From: a virus
Lineage: Duplodnaviria > Heunggongvirae > Uroviricota > Caudoviricetes
Reading direction: 5' to 3' (one strand)
DNA length: 48,192 nt
IMG/VR virus record: IMGVR_UViG_3300027747_001395
Shown here: one piece after another, positions 1 to 10,954 of the stretch
Position numbering within the stretch: the first letter of the stretch is position 1
Layout of the letters: each line of letters opens with the position of its first letter
Position numbers and translations under genes: made by a program
Notes under the pieces: generated by a model
What the model was told of the DNA's origin: nothing
Databases searched by the model: none
Seen by the model: only the letters and a program-made list of their open reading frames with translations

Positions 1-2
1 AT

Positions 3-809
3 AATACTTCGGTTGGTTATAATAATCAGAATCTTGAATCCGTTGGAGATATAATCAATGGTGATAGTGTTAATGATATAGGGCCTGGATTGAGAGCGGC
101 ATTAGCACGTAATTCAGGCGAATTAATTAAGAGTACTGCATCAAATGTGTTGGGTGCAGGAGTTGATGCATACTTTGGGGGTTATAGTAAATTTTTGGGT
201 AAAATTGGTGGTGCAATTGATAAAGTAATTTCAGCCGATCAAATTACTTCTGCTATTCAACAAATGACAGGAACTGCTCCAAACCCAAATCCCTCAGTTA
301 TGTTCACAGGCCCCGAACTAAGAGATTTCAGTCATTCATGGACATTTTATCCTAAGAATGAAACGGAAAGTAACACCTTACAGAAAATTATCAAGGTTTT
401 AAAAGAATCAGCACTCCCAAAAAATACATTTGCAGGATCTGCTGCTCTTTTAAATTACCCAAATATGGTTCAGCTTAATTTTTACCCTTGGGATACCGGT
501 GGTCTTGCTCCTTGGGGTTGGAATTCAGATACCAGTATTATACGCTATAAAAAATGCGTTATGAAAGGTGTAAGTGTTAATTATACACCTGGTGGTTCTC
601 CTGGTTTTTTCCATGGAACTAATGGTGCTGTTGCTACTACTATTACTATTAGTTTTATGGAGATTGAATACATGCTATCCGGAGATTGGGATAGTAATAG
701 TGGTCTTGATACATTATTAGAAAGTGCTCAAGCTATAACAAATGCATTTCCTGGCGCTACTAAAGCAATTAAAAGTGCGGTCCAAGCTGTAATGGATGCT
801 AAACCATGA
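3..809 (+). CDS. gp48: Baseplate tail-tube cap, T4 gp48-like (5'-truncated by window)
   Basis: The frame is open from base 3, so the TTG at 90 is probably not the true start. Motifs NP..F.GP.LR.F..W.F.PKN..ES..I..F and C....V.VNYTP match the gp48/gp54 tube-like family. Lies directly upstream of gp53. Confidence 0.8.
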   Translation, partial: NTSVGYNNQNLESVGDIINGDSVNDIGPGLRAALARNSGELIKSTASNVLGAGVDAYFGGYSKFLGKIGGAIDKVISADQITSAIQQMTGTAPNPNPSVMFTGPELRDFSHSWTFYPKNETESNTLQKIIKVLKESALPKNTFAGSAALLNYPNMVQLNFYPWDTGGLAPWGWNSDTSIIRYKKCVMKGVSVNYTPGGSPGFFHGTNGAVATTITISFMEIEYMLSGDWDSNSGLDTLLESAQAITNAFPGATKAIKSAVQAVMDAKP

Positions 810-1717
810 ACTACTTTAATAAACTTCCTATCATCTCATATAATGGCTATGATGTCAGAAACATTCTAGCTAAAGGTCAGTTAAGTCAGAAGTCAAAAGC
901 TTCATATTCTCTATTTTATCCTTATACAATGAAGGATGATGATCGAATTGACCAATTATCAGCTAACTACTATGATGATCCAGGTTATACTTGGCTTGTT
1001 TGGTATGCTAATGAAACTATTGATCCTTATTATGATCTGCCTCTATCCGATGTGGATTTAGCTAGACACATTAAAAGCAAATATGGGTCTATTGAAACTG
1101 CTTCGCGCAAGATAAAGCATTATAGACTAGACTGGATAAACGATCATACAGAATTAACACCAGATCAATTTAATCAGCTTTCAAATGATGTCTTTAATGG
1201 TTCACATCGAAAGTATTATGAAGTAGTTCTTGATTCATACGGCCTGGTGAAGAAATATGTCCGTAAGCAAGATGATTCTATTCTATTTACTAATCAGACT
1301 ATTATACTTAATCTAAGTAATGCGGCTGGTACATTCATCAAAGATGAAGAAGTTCAAGTAAATAATGATCCAACCATCTATGCATTTGTAAAAGATGTAA
1401 ATGGGTCTAATATAACAATTCAACACACTGTAGGCTTTCCTGTAGATCCATCTATTCCAGCAGGTCAGTTTTTCTCTTTGTCTGACACATTCACTGGCTT
1501 TACTGTAACTGGTCATGAATCAGGTGCTACCGGTGAAATTGTCTCTGGTGCTTCTGTAAAGACTATGGCTGAAGTTGACAATACATATTGGAGTCCAGTA
1601 ACATATCTTGACTATGAATATGAAGAAAACACCAAGAAAAGATATATTCAACTTATCGGTTCTAATTATAAAGGAACTGCTGAGGAAGAACTAAAACGGA
1701 TTATGAGATCAGCATGA
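806..1717 (+). CDS. gp53: Baseplate wedge protein gp53-like, with an internal ~110-aa insertion
   Basis: MNYFNKLP..Y start, LysM-like RIDQLSANYYDDPGYTWLV...N..IDPYYD.P, and C-terminal PVTYLDYEYEENTKKRYIQL. Confidence 0.9.
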   Translation: MNYFNKLPIISYNGYDVRNILAKGQLSQKSKASYSLFYPYTMKDDDRIDQLSANYYDDPGYTWLVWYANETIDPYYDLPLSDVDLARHIKSKYGSIETASRKIKHYRLDWINDHTELTPDQFNQLSNDVFNGSHRKYYEVVLDSYGLVKKYVRKQDDSILFTNQTIILNLSNAAGTFIKDEEVQVNNDPTIYAFVKDVNGSNITIQHTVGFPVDPSIPAGQFFSLSDTFTGFTVTGHESGATGEIVSGASVKTMAEVDNTYWSPVTYLDYEYEENTKKRYIQLIGSNYKGTAEEELKRIMRSA

Positions 1718-3054
1718 GTTTTATTAAAGACATTTTATCTGGCATTGAAACTGTTTTAACTACCTTAGGTGCTACTACAAATGTATCAAAAACAGCAGGA
1801 ACTGATATTCTTGCGGGTGATGTAGAAATACTTGATGTTTCATTGGTAAGTCAGGACGGAAATCGTAAGTTTAGTCTAATGGATCACGCCAAAGGTATTC
1901 AGATCTTCAAGTCTATTATGTCACCTGTAATCTTTGCTGAATTGAATATATCAGACTCAATTGGCTTACTAGAAAGTTTCCCAATTCTCAAAGAAGAATA
2001 TGCCACAATCTCAATTCGTACACCAAAGAATAATACAGCTCTGACACTACTATTCCGAGTGAATGACATTTTTGATCATGAAGTACATGAGAATAATAAG
2101 AATGTTACATATACACTTCAATTAGTTTCTGCTGATATGTTGAGCAATTCAAGATTATTTGTCAAGCGTAAGTTCAATGGAGCAGGTGACGAACTAATAG
2201 GCAAGATTCTAAAGGATGATCTTCAGACGGCTAGAGAAGTTGATCTAGAAAAGACCTCAGGAATTATCAGTAAGAATCTACACAAGATGCGCCCATTTGA
2301 AGCAATTGATTATATTCGCCAAAAGTCGTATTCAGTCAAATATAACTTTTCACGATTATTTTTCTTTGAAGGTAAGAAAGGCTATCGTCTGGCATCATTA
2401 GCAAGACTGATGGATGATGGTGCTAAAAGTGTAGCAAAAGGAACTGATAAAGAATTCTTCTTTGACACTCACAGAAAAATCAAAATTGAAGATGTGAATA
2501 TCCGTAATATCATTGCATATAACAGACCAACAAGTGGTGATGCTTGTTCGGTGTCGGGTCTTGGCGGCTTTACAAATAGTGTAAACTCACTAGATACTAT
2601 TATGGGTAATTTAAATACAGTTACATATACTGATAATGTAGGAACAAATACACTTAAAACTGCAAGTGGTAATGATAAAGCTTCACTTAATAGTTCAACT
2701 TATACCAGAACTCAAGGTAAGACTACTTCTGCTACTAGATTAGTTCCAATCTCTAGTGCAAACCCAAAGACACAATACCCTGCTGCTCTAAGTGTCGGCA
2801 TTGCTGAAGCATTAAAAATAGATCAGAATAAAATTCAGATTTACATTTATGGTGATACTGATATAGATATTGGTGACATGCTTATTTGTCACTTACCAGC
2901 AGCAACATCAATTGACAATGGTAAAACTAAAGCTCGGTTGAATACTGGTAATTATTTAGTTGCTAAAGTTAGACATATAATCTTAAATAGTGATAGACCA
3001 CAACACACAATGTCTCTAGAACTAATTAAGGGTGATTTCGAGGATAATGCATAA
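1714..3054 (+). CDS. Baseplate hub protein (gp27/late-control-D-like fold)
   Basis: Lies between gp53 and gp5. Motifs I..SIMSP...AEL.I.DS, PFEAI, FFFE..GY...S, and C-terminal YGD..I.IGD..GNYLV.KVRH.I. Confidence 0.7.
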   Translation: MSFIKDILSGIETVLTTLGATTNVSKTAGTDILAGDVEILDVSLVSQDGNRKFSLMDHAKGIQIFKSIMSPVIFAELNISDSIGLLESFPILKEEYATISIRTPKNNTALTLLFRVNDIFDHEVHENNKNVTYTLQLVSADMLSNSRLFVKRKFNGAGDELIGKILKDDLQTAREVDLEKTSGIISKNLHKMRPFEAIDYIRQKSYSVKYNFSRLFFFEGKKGYRLASLARLMDDGAKSVAKGTDKEFFFDTHRKIKIEDVNIRNIIAYNRPTSGDACSVSGLGGFTNSVNSLDTIMGNLNTVTYTDNVGTNTLKTASGNDKASLNSSTYTRTQGKTTSATRLVPISSANPKTQYPAALSVGIAEALKIDQNKIQIYIYGDTDIDIGDMLICHLPAATSIDNGKTKARLNTGNYLVAKVRHIILNSDRPQHTMSLELIKGDFEDNA

Positions 3055-3956
3055 TGAGTACTACTCAGTTTCTAGGTGAAGATGGCTTCCGTTGGTTTGT
3101 TGGAATAGTTGAAGATGTGAATGACGAATTAAAACTTGGTCGGGCAAAAGTTAGAATCTTTAATGTTCATGATGATATCCCAACGGATGATTTAGACTGG
3201 GCTCAAGTTATGATGCCCACTACTAGTGGTAGTTTTGAAGGCAATGGAGACACACCTCAGTTATCAGTAGGATCAAGAGTTATCGGCTTTTATATGGACG
3301 GTCGAGAAAAGCAGATTGCAATGATTATGGGTACTTTTCCAGTAATTCCAGATATGGACAATGCCAAGCATTCAGTACCTGCTCTTGCTCGGGGACAACA
3401 GACTATCAAAAAAGAAAAGGCTCATCCCGTAGAACCCGATTCGGCATATGCTGCAGAGTATCCTTACAACCGAGTTATTCAGACTAGAGCTGGGCATGCT
3501 ATTGAACTTGATGATACGCCAGGGCAAGAACGAATCCATATCTTCCATAAATCTGGAACTTCAATTGAAATTAATGCCGGTGGTCGAATGGTGATTAAGT
3601 CCGTAGGTGATAGTTTTGATATTGTGGGTGGTGCTAAAAAGATCGCCATAAAAGGTGACTGTAATCTCAGTGTTGAAGGTACTTTGACGGCAATTGTAAA
3701 AAGTGATGTATCAATAAACACTGAAGGCAATATAAAACTATCTGCTGCTGGTAGACTTAGCCTAAATGGTCAAAATGGAATCTCGCTTAATTCCGGCACT
3801 GATGTTACTGTTGCTGCCCCAGGTGGTTTAAATACTACGGTGGGTGGAATTAAATCCGTAACTCATGTAACACCCGGCGATGGTGTGAATGATGCTATTA
3901 TTGTTGGTGGAAGATCTTTTATATTTGAATCTGGCATTTTGACGGAGTCTAAGTAA
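3054..3956 (+). CDS. gp5: Baseplate central spike gp5-like (OB-fold plus beta-helix, no lysozyme domain)
   Basis: WFVGIVEDVND..KLGRAKVR, L.WA, V.GF.MDG..Q....G, YPYNRV..T..GH.IE.DDTPG.ERI...H.SGT..EI, followed by short beta-helix repeats. Confidence 0.9.
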   Translation: MSTTQFLGEDGFRWFVGIVEDVNDELKLGRAKVRIFNVHDDIPTDDLDWAQVMMPTTSGSFEGNGDTPQLSVGSRVIGFYMDGREKQIAMIMGTFPVIPDMDNAKHSVPALARGQQTIKKEKAHPVEPDSAYAAEYPYNRVIQTRAGHAIELDDTPGQERIHIFHKSGTSIEINAGGRMVIKSVGDSFDIVGGAKKIAIKGDCNLSVEGTLTAIVKSDVSINTEGNIKLSAAGRLSLNGQNGISLNSGTDVTVAAPGGLNTTVGGIKSVTHVTPGDGVNDAIIVGGRSFIFESGILTESK

Positions 3957-5473
3957 TGGCATCTATACCACCAGTACCTTCTGCAATACAAGCATTAATT
4001 GATGCTGATAAGCCTATTAAAGTAGATCAAGCAAAACTCAATAAGAATTTAGCTGATATTACGGCGGCAACTATAGTTCCACCAATACCAGTAAACCCGT
4101 CTAATCTGTCTGGCGACTGTAAAATAAAATCAGGTAAGCAGGTTCAAGATGCTAGAGCAAATAAAGGTTCTACTCTAGCAAAACGAATCAACAAGCTCAC
4201 AAAAGAAATTGAAAAAGTAACTGATTGTGACAACCTTCAGCAGAAACTAGAAAAGGCACTTAATGATATTGGTGATGAATTAGATTCACTTACAAAGCCA
4301 ATTCAGAAAGAATTAGAAAAGTTATTTCCTCTATTAAGTGTTCCTCTCAATCCATTCGAACTACCTAAGTTTATTGTCAAGCAAACTATAGGTAAAATTC
4401 TCCCTGATATTGAAGCACTTATAGATCTTATTAGTCGTATTGTTGAAGTCACCAAAGCACTTGCAAAGCTTATCACTGTTGCTAGACAAGTTGAAGATAA
4501 ACTTAAAGCTTGCGCTTTAGAAGAATTACAAAAATATGAACGAAAGGCAAAAGATGCTGTAGAACAAGCAGCATTAGACCTAGAAAAGAAAATAGCTAAA
4601 GCTATTGCCAATAGTATCTGTGAAACACTGAATGATGCCGGTATTACACTGAATGATCTAGATAATGCACTCAGTGCTGTCAAGACAATTCAGGATGCAA
4701 TTAAAACAGGTGAGTCTATAATGGATGGATCTATTATCGGAATCAATCAGTCTCTATCTGTTATTGATTCACATCAATCTACTGTTCAGACATTGACAGG
4801 CATTACACCTGTACTTGATACATCATCTGTAAACAATTTTATTACTTCAGTCAATAGTACTGATTATACACAATACAAAGACAATGTCAATCAAATAATG
4901 AATCTACCAGCACCAGTAAACGATGAATTACCAATTATTACTGGAACTGCTGCTGTAGGAAATACAGTTATTTGCTCAGATGGTACTTGGAGTGCAAATG
5001 GTGTAAGCAACAATTCGGCATTTACATATTCATATCAGTGGGCTAGAAACGGAACAGACATTTACGGTGCAAATACTAACTCGTACAGTCCAATTTTAGA
5101 CGATCTTGATTGTAATCTATTCTGCACTGTGACAGCCGAGAATCACACCAACATCAAACAAGCACAATCAGCATTAGTCGGTCCAGTAACATTTAGTTTA
5201 GCTCCAGACAATTTACCGGTAATTAGTGGCTTGGCAAAGAAGGCTAACACACTTACATGCTCAACTGGTACATGGCCTTCTGCTGTTAAAATAATTCAGT
5301 ATGAATGGATAAAGTTTGAAACCGCAAATACTGTACAAGTACTTTCAAGTAATAATAAGTATACATGTACTAATACTGATGTCGGGTTTTCAATTTTTTG
5401 TAAAGTATACGGACAAACTTCTAAATATCTACTTCAGACAGTTACATCAAACACAGCAATTATAATCGCATAA
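3956..5473 (+). CDS. Hypothetical virion protein: helical/coiled-coil N-terminus plus two Ig-like repeats
   Basis: The first ~310 aa are rich in amphipathic helices. Two C-terminal repeats read LP.I.G.A...NT.TCS.GTW....Y.W.....Y....D....FC.V. Confidence 0.65.
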   Translation: MASIPPVPSAIQALIDADKPIKVDQAKLNKNLADITAATIVPPIPVNPSNLSGDCKIKSGKQVQDARANKGSTLAKRINKLTKEIEKVTDCDNLQQKLEKALNDIGDELDSLTKPIQKELEKLFPLLSVPLNPFELPKFIVKQTIGKILPDIEALIDLISRIVEVTKALAKLITVARQVEDKLKACALEELQKYERKAKDAVEQAALDLEKKIAKAIANSICETLNDAGITLNDLDNALSAVKTIQDAIKTGESIMDGSIIGINQSLSVIDSHQSTVQTLTGITPVLDTSSVNNFITSVNSTDYTQYKDNVNQIMNLPAPVNDELPIITGTAAVGNTVICSDGTWSANGVSNNSAFTYSYQWARNGTDIYGANTNSYSPILDDLDCNLFCTVTAENHTNIKQAQSALVGPVTFSLAPDNLPVISGLAKKANTLTCSTGTWPSAVKIIQYEWIKFETANTVQVLSSNNKYTCTNTDVGFSIFCKVYGQTSKYLLQTVTSNTAIIIA

Positions 5474-5483
5474 GGAAGTCAAC

Positions 5484-5909
5484 ATGTCTACTAGATCAGA
5501 TAAGTTTACACAAAGTTCAGCTAAAGCATTACAACGCTATTCCGACTTTCTTATTAATCTAAATCCACACCCAGTGATTAAAGACATTGTTCGGTATGTT
5601 GATGAAATGGCTGTGAGTAGATCAATCAAAAATCTGATACTTACTAATCGAGGTGAGCGTTTATATCAACCACGCATTGGATCAGATCTTCGTCAGATGT
5701 TATTTGAACCAATGGGATCGGCAACTTCAGAATTAATCTCTAAATATATTCAAGATACAATTAGAGAATATGAACCAAGAGCTATAGTTTTAAGTGTTTC
5801 TGTTATACCATACTACGATCAGAATCAATATGTAGTAACTATTACTTATATGGTTATAAATAAATCAGATCCAATTACAGTAAATCTAACGCTAGAGCGA
5901 GTACGTTAA
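5484..5909 (+). CDS. gp25: Baseplate wedge/sheath-initiator gp25-like
   Basis: YSD...N..PHP, SIKNLILT.RGERLYQP.IGS.L..LFEP, I..YEPR. Confidence 0.93.
   Translation: MSTRSDKFTQSSAKALQRYSDFLINLNPHPVIKDIVRYVDEMAVSRSIKNLILTNRGERLYQPRIGSDLRQMLFEPMGSATSELISKYIQDTIREYEPRAIVLSVSVIPYYDQNQYVVTITYMVINKSDPITVNLTLERVR
5855..5862 (+). promoter_or_regulatory. T4-type late promoter TATAAATA upstream of gp6
   Basis: Exact gp55 consensus, 47 nt before the ATG, inside the gp25 3' end. Confidence 0.6.
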
Positions 5910-7681
5910 TGGCAAATTCCAGTATCATTTTAAGCTCCCTTGATTTTGATACAATCAAGAATACATTTAAGTCATATCTAAAGACACAATCCAAATTTAA
6001 TGACTATGATTTTGATGGTTCAAATATGTCAGTTCTATTGGATTTGCTTTCATATAACACGTTTCACAACTCATTCTATTTGAATATGATCGGTAGTGAA
6101 ATGTTTTTGGATTCTGCTCAACTTAGAGATTCTGTGGTATCACACGCCAAAGAACTCAACTATACTCCTCGATCATTTAAATCCGCCGTTGCTAAGATTG
6201 CTATTGTTGTAAAGTCAAACGATCTCACAAAGACTTCATTATTAGCAACTAAAGGCACTACTTTTACAAGTACTCAATTTAATAAGACATTTACATTTTC
6301 AATACCAGAGAATATTATTCTAGATGCTTATGAGACTGTAAATACTTCTAGATTCTTTGGTGGTATCTTTGATATCTATGAAGGATATTATATAACAGAT
6401 ACATTTACTTATGCCTATGGTAATCATGATCGAATTCTTCTATCAAATAAAAACATTGATACTTCAAGTATTACAGTTACTGTGTTTGAAGATAATGGAG
6501 CAAATCCAGTTGTCTATAAACAAGCTAAGTCTTTATTTGATCTAAGCGCTACATCACAAGTCTTTTTCATTCAAGGGGCTGAAAATGATTCATATGAGAT
6601 TGTCTTTGGTGATGGAGTTAGTGGTCGACTTCCTAAGAATAATTCTGTAATTGCAGTAGAATATAGAATTTGTAATGGTGAACTTCCGAATGGGTGTAAT
6701 CAGTTTACTTCAGACTCCCCAATCAGCAGTGAGACTGGAATCACAATTACTACATTATCAGTAGCTGCTGGTGGTTCTGTTTCTGAATCCATTGAGTCAA
6801 TTAAGAGAAATGCTCCACGGCATTTTACAACACAAGAACGTGCTATCACAACTGAAGATTATGAAACACTACTTAAGACTAACTTCCCAGAAGTCAATGC
6901 AGTTCATGCATATGGTGGCGAAAACCTTGATCCGCCACAATATGGTAAAGTTTTTGTAGCGGTTGATCTTAAGGAATTTGATCAAGTACCAGATGTTAAA
7001 AAAGCCGAATATTTTAAGTTTTTAAAACCAAGGTCACCTGTCTCAATTGATCCAGTCTTTGTTAGCCCAGAATATATGTACGTAGCAGTTACATCAAAAG
7101 TAAAATATAACATCAATGTAACAAGTCTAACTCCTAGTGATATTCAGACTATTGTTACTTCAGGTATTACACAGTATGCAATCAATAATCTCAATAACTT
7201 TAGTAGTACATTTAGATACTCTAAGTTATGCCAGCAGATTGACAATTCACAACTATCAATTATCTCAAATGAGACTGATGTTCAACTAATTAAAACTTTT
7301 ATTCCTACTCTTGGGACTTATACTACTTTCAATGTAAACTTTGGTGTTCCATTATCAGTTCGTCACTTTACCGAGTCAAACTATAGTGTGTATTCAACTA
7401 CATTTACATATAAAGGTCTTAATTCATACATTAAAGATGATGGTATGGGTATGCTAAATATTGTGTCTGCTTATACTAACGAGCCTATAGTTAAAATAGG
7501 AACAATTGATTATACTACAGGCTTGTTACAACTTAGTAACTTTATTCTTGAAGCATTTACTGGTTCAGAGATTAGAGTTTATGCATATCCAGAAAGTAAA
7601 GATATACAAGTGATGAATAATGTAATTCTAAATATCATCAGTACAGATACTTCAATAATTGCTGAGGGTGTACGAGTCTGA
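5909..7681 (+). CDS. gp6: Baseplate wedge subunit gp6
   Basis: LDFDTIK..., DYDFDGSN.SVLLDLLSYNT, EMFLDSAQLRDSVVSHAKELNYTPRS, FGDG..G, Q.RA.T..DY. Confidence 0.95.
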   Translation: MANSSIILSSLDFDTIKNTFKSYLKTQSKFNDYDFDGSNMSVLLDLLSYNTFHNSFYLNMIGSEMFLDSAQLRDSVVSHAKELNYTPRSFKSAVAKIAIVVKSNDLTKTSLLATKGTTFTSTQFNKTFTFSIPENIILDAYETVNTSRFFGGIFDIYEGYYITDTFTYAYGNHDRILLSNKNIDTSSITVTVFEDNGANPVVYKQAKSLFDLSATSQVFFIQGAENDSYEIVFGDGVSGRLPKNNSVIAVEYRICNGELPNGCNQFTSDSPISSETGITITTLSVAAGGSVSESIESIKRNAPRHFTTQERAITTEDYETLLKTNFPEVNAVHAYGGENLDPPQYGKVFVAVDLKEFDQVPDVKKAEYFKFLKPRSPVSIDPVFVSPEYMYVAVTSKVKYNINVTSLTPSDIQTIVTSGITQYAINNLNNFSSTFRYSKLCQQIDNSQLSIISNETDVQLIKTFIPTLGTYTTFNVNFGVPLSVRHFTESNYSVYSTTFTYKGLNSYIKDDGMGMLNIVSAYTNEPIVKIGTIDYTTGLLQLSNFILEAFTGSEIRVYAYPESKDIQVMNNVILNIISTDTSIIAEGVRV

Positions 7682-10600
7682 TGTCAATTGAAGCAAAGAT
7701 CTCACCTCTTATTGAGAATATGTTCCCATCTTTTTATAAAGAAGATGGACCAAACTTTATTGCATTTGTTAAAGCATATTATGAATGGCTTGAAGAGAAT
7801 TCACAATTATTAACTCTAGAAAACACAACCAACTTTAATGTCGGTGATCTTGTTACTCAAGGTTTAGTAACTGGAACATTTATTACTTATGTAGATTCTG
7901 ATATATTAGTTCTAGTAAATGGACTAGAATCATTTAAATGTGTCACCATGTGTTCTGATCTTACACCAATAACCAGTTCATCTGGTGGATCATCATTTAT
8001 CAAGCGCGGTGGTCTAAGTAAAAGAATGGGATCTATCTATTTAACTAGAAACCTGCTTAACATTCGCAATATTGATACTACGATGGATCTTTTCTTGACT
8101 AACTTCAAAGAAAAATATCTATGTAATATTGAGTTTGATGTTGCTACTAACAAGAAACTATTAATTAAGAATTCTTTTGATTTGTATAGATCAAAAGGTA
8201 CTTCTAGATCAATTGACTTATTTTTAAGATTAGTATATGGTGTAAATTCCAACGTATACTATCCAGGAGATGATCTATTCAAACTTTCGGAGGGTGAGTG
8301 GTTTAAACCTCAGTACTTAGAAATTGCAACTACTGGATATTCGTCATCTAGAGCAATTCAATTAGTTGGTAAGACTATTACCGGTGTTTCTTCAGGTTCT
8401 CAAGCATTTGTTGAAAAGTATATCAAGCACGAAATTTCAAATGGCTTTTCTCATACACTTTATGTTACTAATGTTTCCGGTACATTTAAACGTGGTGAAT
8501 TGATTAAGGCCGATAGAGTCTATCCAGATTCACCAACAATTCTTGGTTCACTCGGTGAACTTTCTGATATTACTTCTAGTTATAGTGACTTTAAAATTGG
8601 TGACATTGTTGATGTCACTTCAACTAACGGTATAAACGGTAAAGCAAAAGTAATATCTCTTAATAATTCTACTGGGTTCGTTAGATTTAAACTTTTGGAT
8701 TCAGGTTGGGGATATTCTGTTAATATAGGAAATACAGATCCTTTATTTCTTCAAGATCATTCACAGACTATTGTTTCAGACAATGTGTTGTTTTTATCTA
8801 ATATTGCGTTTGGTAATTCAATTTCTGCAGTTTCAGTTTCATCATCAGGTCTGTCATATAATAATACAGACATTATAACAATAAAATCTCAGTACTTGAA
8901 TGCTACTGCTAGACCTATTACAAATTCATCTGGGGGTGTTACTAGCATTATCTTAATGCACCCTGGCGCTGGCTTCTTTGGTGGAACACCTCTAATTTCA
9001 GTAGCAAATTCTACTGGGGGTTCTACAACTGGGTCTGGGCTTTCTACTACATTTACGTACGAAATACCCAAGAAACAATTTACATATTTTGAAGATATAA
9101 TACAAAAACAAGCACTCATTTATGTCAATTCAGTAATTCCATCATCTGAATTAAATAGTGGTGCAAATATTCTTGTAAGTAATGGTACTGCTACTATCGG
9201 GTCTGGTTCTCTTGTTACGTATAATCGCACATCATCTAATACTGGAACTACTCAAGTATTACTATCAAACAATTTTATGGTGAAAGCAAATAATAAACTT
9301 ATTCTAGCTTCAAATACACAAGTAACTGCTAATATTGAAAGTTATATTGATGTTTCGGCTACAGGTAAGTTGGTTAATCTACCTTCAGTTGGTTATCTAT
9401 CTATTGATGGAACTAGTTATATAAGTCTCCCAATAGGTGAACAACTTTATCAGAAAAATAAAATCGGTGAAATTATTGCTAGTGCTATTATTTCTGATGC
9501 AATTGCCATAAAAGGTCTAATACCCGTGAATAATATCACTGGTACATTCCTCATAGGTTCCAATTTAAATTCTAGTAGTACAACATTAAATACTGTATTA
9601 AATAATTTTCAATCTGAGTTTGGTCTATTTCAAGTAAACAATACATTTGTCACTACAGAAACAGTTCCATCAGCAAAGATTATTATTCCTTTTACCGGTG
9701 TTAATGCAAATCTTATTAGAGTTTCTGGTGGTGAAAGTGCCAAATATAATGTTGGTGCAATTTATGACTCTGAAACTATATCTTTAAATACTGATATAAT
9801 TGCTAATAGCTTTATGTATAATGCTAGATTAAGTTCAAATCAATTTAATTTAGCTGCACAAACAACTGCCAATCTCAATTCAATCATCTTTAACTCATTA
9901 AAGTATAAAGATTTTGTACTCGGGTCAATTTACAATCTAGGTTCTACTAGTTCGGGTTATGATTATACTTATAATCCATATCTTCTAACATATCAGCCTT
10001 ATACTTCGGGATATAATCATAGGGATCGTATTTTTACGGTAACTAATATTAATGGATCATTTTTACCAGGCGAATATATACAGCAGTCTATTACGGACAC
10101 AAGATCAGTATTAAATGTAGCCAATTCTACTCCATTTATAGTTGGTGAACGAGTTTATACCGCTAATAACACGGTGAATTATATTGCTAATGCTACAGTT
10201 GTTTCAATAGTCTCAAATGCAATTACGGTGAATAACATTCAAGGCACATTAAGAGATATAGATAATCTTAAAAAGTTTGCTAACACATCAACAACGATTG
10301 ATATAACTTCCGTGTCAACTAGCAATACAGTTATTATTGCTAAAGGTATACTTAAAGCACTAAGTGCTAATACTATGTATGTAAAGCGAATTCAGTTTAC
10401 TAACTATTTCAGCAATACTTTAAATGTTGTTGGTTCAATTAGTGGTGCTACTGCTAATATCAGTACTATTAATTTAGATTATTCTACTGATCCTATTGGA
10501 TGGAATGCAAGTATACAATCAGATGTATTTACATCAAATAATGTAGTTACCGGATTATCAGTCACAGATTCAGGTTTCGGTTTTATTGGTGGACAAGAAG

Positions 10601-10899
10601 CAACATTTACAATTGACGGTAAATATGGCACAGCAACAGTAATTGATGTTGGTCTAGGTAATGGATCTGGTCGCTATAAGAATCATAAAGGCTTTGTGTC
10701 AGATTTGTCTAAGATTCATGATGGTAATTATTACCAAGAATATTCATATGACATCATTTCCAGAATCCCCCTTGAGAAATATTCTGATATGTTCAAGAAA
10801 GTAATGCATACAGCAGGTACTAAATTCTTTGGAAGTATTCTACTTGATACAGTCGTAAGTACTAAAGTTTCAATAGCAAATTCTTATATTACCTTCTAA
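7681..10899 (+). CDS. gp7: Baseplate wedge initiator gp7-like, with large inserted beta-rich modules
   Basis: P.F...F..F.KAYYEWLE, LYRSKGT..SI..F.R..YG, and C-terminal D..YYQEYSY.I....Y...KK..H.AGTKFFG. Lies between gp6 and gp8. Confidence 0.85.
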   Translation: MSIEAKISPLIENMFPSFYKEDGPNFIAFVKAYYEWLEENSQLLTLENTTNFNVGDLVTQGLVTGTFITYVDSDILVLVNGLESFKCVTMCSDLTPITSSSGGSSFIKRGGLSKRMGSIYLTRNLLNIRNIDTTMDLFLTNFKEKYLCNIEFDVATNKKLLIKNSFDLYRSKGTSRSIDLFLRLVYGVNSNVYYPGDDLFKLSEGEWFKPQYLEIATTGYSSSRAIQLVGKTITGVSSGSQAFVEKYIKHEISNGFSHTLYVTNVSGTFKRGELIKADRVYPDSPTILGSLGELSDITSSYSDFKIGDIVDVTSTNGINGKAKVISLNNSTGFVRFKLLDSGWGYSVNIGNTDPLFLQDHSQTIVSDNVLFLSNIAFGNSISAVSVSSSGLSYNNTDIITIKSQYLNATARPITNSSGGVTSIILMHPGAGFFGGTPLISVANSTGGSTTGSGLSTTFTYEIPKKQFTYFEDIIQKQALIYVNSVIPSSELNSGANILVSNGTATIGSGSLVTYNRTSSNTGTTQVLLSNNFMVKANNKLILASNTQVTANIESYIDVSATGKLVNLPSVGYLSIDGTSYISLPIGEQLYQKNKIGEIIASAIISDAIAIKGLIPVNNITGTFLIGSNLNSSSTTLNTVLNNFQSEFGLFQVNNTFVTTETVPSAKIIIPFTGVNANLIRVSGGESAKYNVGAIYDSETISLNTDIIANSFMYNARLSSNQFNLAAQTTANLNSIIFNSLKYKDFVLGSIYNLGSTSSGYDYTYNPYLLTYQPYTSGYNHRDRIFTVTNINGSFLPGEYIQQSITDTRSVLNVANSTPFIVGERVYTANNTVNYIANATVVSIVSNAITVNNIQGTLRDIDNLKKFANTSTTIDITSVSTSNTVIIAKGILKALSANTMYVKRIQFTNYFSNTLNVVGSISGATANISTINLDYSTDPIGWNASIQSDVFTSNNVVTGLSVTDSGFGFIGGQEATFTIDGKYGTATVIDVGLGNGSGRYKNHKGFVSDLSKIHDGNYYQEYSYDIISRIPLEKYSDMFKKVMHTAGTKFFGSILLDTVVSTKVSIANSYITF

Positions 10900-10917
10900 C
10901 TTAAGCAGTAAAATAGA

Positions 10918-10925
10918 TATAAATA
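10918..10925 (+). promoter_or_regulatory. Late promoter TATAAATA upstream of gp8
   Basis: Exact consensus in an intergenic gap. Confidence 0.8.
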
Positions 10926-10954
10926 TAAAAAACTTTAAGGTATAACTTAAGATT

